Positions 59,766 through 64,000 of a stretch of DNA of 64,000 bases are shown here, piece by piece. Position numbers and translations under genes: made by a program. The notes beneath the pieces are model-generated. The model was given only the letters and a program-made list of their open reading frames with translations, was not told the DNA's origin and did not search any database. Position 1 is the stretch's first letter. Each line of letters begins with the position of its first letter. Origin of the DNA: Chrysomallon squamiferum (Eukaryota; Animalia; Mollusca); contig CM022670.1 in the NCBI GenBank assembly GCA_012295275.1, forward strand, positions 17,980,001 through 18,044,000, given 5' to 3'.

Positions 59766-62700
59766 AAAAATAAATTGGAAAAAAAAATATAAATAAAAAT
59801 TAAATAAAATAGATATTTAGACAGACAAGTGATAAATAAACACACAGATAGACATACATACAGATGGATAGATAAATTATAAATCAATAAATATATGAAA
59901 TAATAAACTACTCCTGGGTGAAAAAAAAAATAACAATGATAAAAACTGGAACATATAAACAAAAAATAATAGAATAATTAAATAAGACATGGAAAAAAGT
60001 GAATATTAGAAACTAACATTTAGTTATTTAATTTTTTTGTCTTCCATTTTTTTTTTTTTATCTTCCATTATTTTATCATAACATAAATTAAAAATATTAT
60101 TTTTTTTTTTTTTATCTTCCATTATTTTATCATAACAGTATATAATGGAAAATAAAAATAAAAATATTTTCTTTTTAAAATACTTTGAAAATAGTATTAA
60201 CGACTCACCGCGTCGAAAAGTTGCAATTTAAATTGAAATTTATCACCGCCGTGGCAGCGACATGCAATCAGTTTATTCAAGTCACTTTAATGGAAGGGAA
60301 ATGGGAACAAATTCACGTTAATTCACTCGTGCACATTATTACGTAAAAGAGGTGCCTGTCTGTATAATACTGACCAGTTGTACTGTGATCTGTGTATATA
60401 TATATATGTGTGTGTGTGTACGTGTGCGTTTCTGTGTGTGTGTATGAGAGTGTGTGCATATATGTGTATATATTTAAAGATATATAAAGAGTATGTGTGT
60501 GTGTGTGTATGTATGTATGTAGGTATATATGTATGTATGTGTGTATGTATGTACGTGAATATCTATATATGTGAAAGCATGTGTATGTGTGTATCTTTAA
60601 TATTTATATATATTGTTTTTATTAAATAAATCTTAATTAGCAACATTTAGATCTGTATGCCATCATTATCACCAGAACATATTAAATAATATTTTTTCAT
60701 TTAATGACGTAAAAACATTTCGAATCGTGTCCAATTCAAGATATATGTTAAACTTGACATTGATCCTCAACACGAATACAAGTGAACGTAAATTAAAGAT
60801 ATGAATATCGTCTTATTTCTGTTTCCTCTGTCAAAAGGTTTGACAAACTAAAAAGTAAAGCTTTTTAAACTGATACACGGTCGATAATTTATCATTCAAC
60901 ATAAACAGGAAGATCGCTGATTTAAACCATTTTGTTGAAACTCCTTAATTTACGAGGAAGGGAAATCTGGCTTCAATTACATTCGCCATGATAAAAATCC
61001 CTTCCGGTCCAACGACATAAGTTGACAGCAGTTACATAACTTGACACTAAATCGAATGATACCCAGCTCTGTGTAATCGGTTCAACGACTGTTTCAGATA
61101 CTGGAAAGAGAAAGTGGCTTTTTGGCTGGAGAAATCAATTAACTATTTCCAGTTCTAGCCAGTATCTCTCTACATTTTAATATTCAGTATGTTTTATTAT
61201 TTAAATATATTGTTTTGCACGCCATTTTTCGATATTAATTCCAAATTATAGAAATTTTCTCGTAATACTATCACTTCAGTGCATGACCATTACTGCCTAA
61301 TTTCATCGGCGGTAAAAGATTGTCAGAAGCCAAACTTTTAATTTTTTATTATTGGTTATTGATAACATACACACGTATCCAGTAACAATGACATAGAGCC
61401 CATACAGATAGCATTATGAAACATCGAATGATTACTCTGTTGGTGTTTGATTAGTTATTAAAAATCCTTTGCGATATACTTATTACATTTTATATGAAAG
61501 GATTAAGGTTTTACTGTATCTTTAACGGCATTCTTTATTATCTACTTGGTCGTTCATAATCTATTTAAGATTCCAGGTCCAGGACCCAACTTATCTATAG
61601 TGAAAATTTGTCAGCAAGAAATTTGATATTTAACTGTATCTCGTATGAGTATATTACTATATCAGAATAGATGTCTTAATGATAAATCCAAAATATTTCT
61701 TCATTCTCTTTTTAGACAGAAAGTCTACGGTTCATATCAACGCTTCAGTGTAGGCATGAAGTGGCATGAAGATAAATCTGATTTTACCCTCATTGTTTTC
61801 ATCATTGACAGACAAACTTTGATCTGCCGAATCAACTCTGATGGTCGAATGACTCTTAAACCTACAGACGAATATAAAAAAATAATTCGATCAAATCTCG
61901 GGGGAAATCATTAAAGCACAGTTCTCTTTCAGACAAAATATGTCTGAGTATGTGAGTCCTTCCAATGATTTTACTGTCCCGTCTTGACCTCAGGATCACA
62001 TTTCATCACTTCTATAAGAGTTAGCTTAAGCAAACGTCTACTAATAACGATTTAATGTAAAGCGCACATCGGGGAAACAAATGACTTCTTTATTACAGAA
62101 CAGCCCACACGATTTCGAAGAAAAGTAAAAAAAAAAAATAAAAAAAAATGATTTGATGATACCCTTAAAACATTTTAAATATATGATTTGATGGCGTGCT
62201 CAAAGACATAAAAGTAATACAGAAAAAACTTGCTGTAACCAAACAAAAGTTTTTTATTTTTATTATTTTTTTTTTTTATTAGCAGTAAGTAATCTTGTAT
62301 TCAAAACTTTACAGGGATATAGATTGAGATAAGTTAGTAGTAGGCATAGATGTGAATAGCAGGTAGCCTAATGGGAGTATCAAAAAGGACTGATCATTTA
62401 TAGATTTCTTTTTATGAATAATGTCCACCATTCTGTAGGTAATAAATAATTAATGACAAAATTCTAGCACATCTGGGAATTTTTAAAGACAAAAATCGAT
62501 AAACTGCTTAATGGTGTTAAATTAATTTGCTGTATTTCTGTTTGTTAATGAAAGATGCACGCTGCCAACTCTATAAGAAACGTTGACCCATAATGAAAAC
62601 GAAGAACCATCTGTTAAGCTAAAAGCCAGGTAATTAAAATATTGTCAGATCATTCAAGGATCTCAAAACACTTAGCATTTGCACGTTCCTTTAAAAAGAG

Positions 62701-63422
62701 CAGAACGTACCACGATCTTTGATAAACATTAGATGGAATGAAAAACTGACAAACCAACGCACCGACAAAGGTTCATCTGCTGTCATTTTTTAAACTAAAA
62801 GTAATGTATTTCGTAATTTATGCATATTTATTTTTAAGCATGTTTAAAAAGATTTTATACATTTCATTTGAAAGAAAATGAAAATCATTTACAAGATGAC
62901 TTTTTTATGATTCAAACAATATTGTCGGCGTCTTTGTCATCTTCATCATCATCACCATCATCATAATAAACATTATCACTCTGCTTCAATGCTTTAAATT
63001 CAACGCTTTTGAATCATACTAAACAGTGCCAATTCATTATCTACGTCAGATAATCGTCTTCAGTGGTTCTCCAGGTTTTTTCACTTTTGCAGATAAATTT
63101 AACCAAAATAAATTTAAAAAAAGCAAAGAATGAAAATGTATATATCGTGTTAAGAAGATTTTACAAAGGCTTTTACTCTAGCTAAAATATGTAAAACATG
63201 TTAACCTGCTGTGACTAATCAGTATGAGATAGTGCACGTATTTTATTTAGACGTGTTTTCTGTTAGGTGTTATCATCATGGAAAATTAAGTTATATTAAG
63301 TTTCTAAATACACAGAAAACGAGATTGCTATGTAAATTGTGTTCATGGATTTTGCAGGTTTCTTTAAGCATCACCTGTTGCATTATTACTGTACGCTTTA
63401 TGGGGGGTCCGGTTTAGTTTTT

Positions 63423-63527
<105 letters not shown>

Positions 63528-63979
63528 CTGTCATTCACTCAAACCTCTCTTGTCTCTGGTTCTCCATATTTAAGACTTTTGTGTAAAAAAAAAATTACAG
63601 CTGCGAAACAAAATAAACTGAAGCTAAATTTCAATAGTATATGGTAATGTTTCCCTTCACCTTGATGCTTATAAACATATTTTGCTATCACCAAATTTTA
63701 AATTCACTGAGATTCACGAATGAATAAATGTCTGTTTCTTGCCGAATCTACACGTATTCTAATAACTATTATGATGTGTCAAACATAGCAATACCAGTCA
63801 ATCGGTGGACTATTGAAGAAAAAGGACGCGTTAATATTCGATTTCCTTAGCTTTGATAAACCAGATAGAGTCTACTGAGTGGAAAAGGAAACAGCCATAT
63901 AAAACCTGCGAGAAGGACTGATCCTGAAATCAGTCAGGCTTCAATCCATTGCTTTAACCATTCAAACAAAACACGTTAC

Positions 63980-64000
63980 CTTCCATTCCGAGTGCCTTAA
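63980..64000 (-). CDS. Possible 3' end of the upstream (TM5/ICL3) exon of the orexin-like receptor, truncated by the window edge
   Basis: The minus strand reads ...AAG GCA CTC GGA ATG GAA G|GTAAC, a phase-1 donor compatible with the 56055 acceptor. Only 21 nt are visible. Confidence 0.3.

Overview
This is AT-rich, microsatellite-dense eukaryotic DNA with spliceosomal GT-AG introns. The gene families and repeat content suggest a lophotrochozoan, probably a mollusc (inference). Most ORF-track entries are simple-repeat artefacts. Splicing by hand gives five protein-coding genes. (1) The 3' end of an adhesion GPCR of latrophilin/Cirl type (+, 443-2673). (2) A complete 28-exon, ~1250-aa receptor tyrosine phosphatase (-, 28222-9606): signal peptide, EGF, two F-type-lectin/galactose-binding-like domains, four MEGF-type EGF repeats, TM, an intact D1 and a degenerate D2. 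(3) Head-to-head with it, ~2 kb away, a 4-exon, ~201-aa single-EGF type-I membrane protein with a juxtamembrane Cys cluster and three YxN motifs (+, 30231-32549); the ORF track misses it as a gene. (4) A 9-exon ATG4C/D-type autophagy protease (+, 34189-41155). (5) The last exons (TM6, TM7, C-tail) of an orexin/allatotropin-like rhodopsin GPCR (-, 56055-51988), largely invisible in the ORF track. The best candidate for an undescribed system is the divergent phosphatase plus LAT-like tyrosine adaptor pair. Also notable are a ~450-bp palindrome just downstream of the neuropeptide receptor stop codon, a direct-inverted-direct template-switch scar, and an orphan promoter-like island inside the phosphatase first intron. 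Gene models rest on splice signals and frame continuity only; no database search was run.
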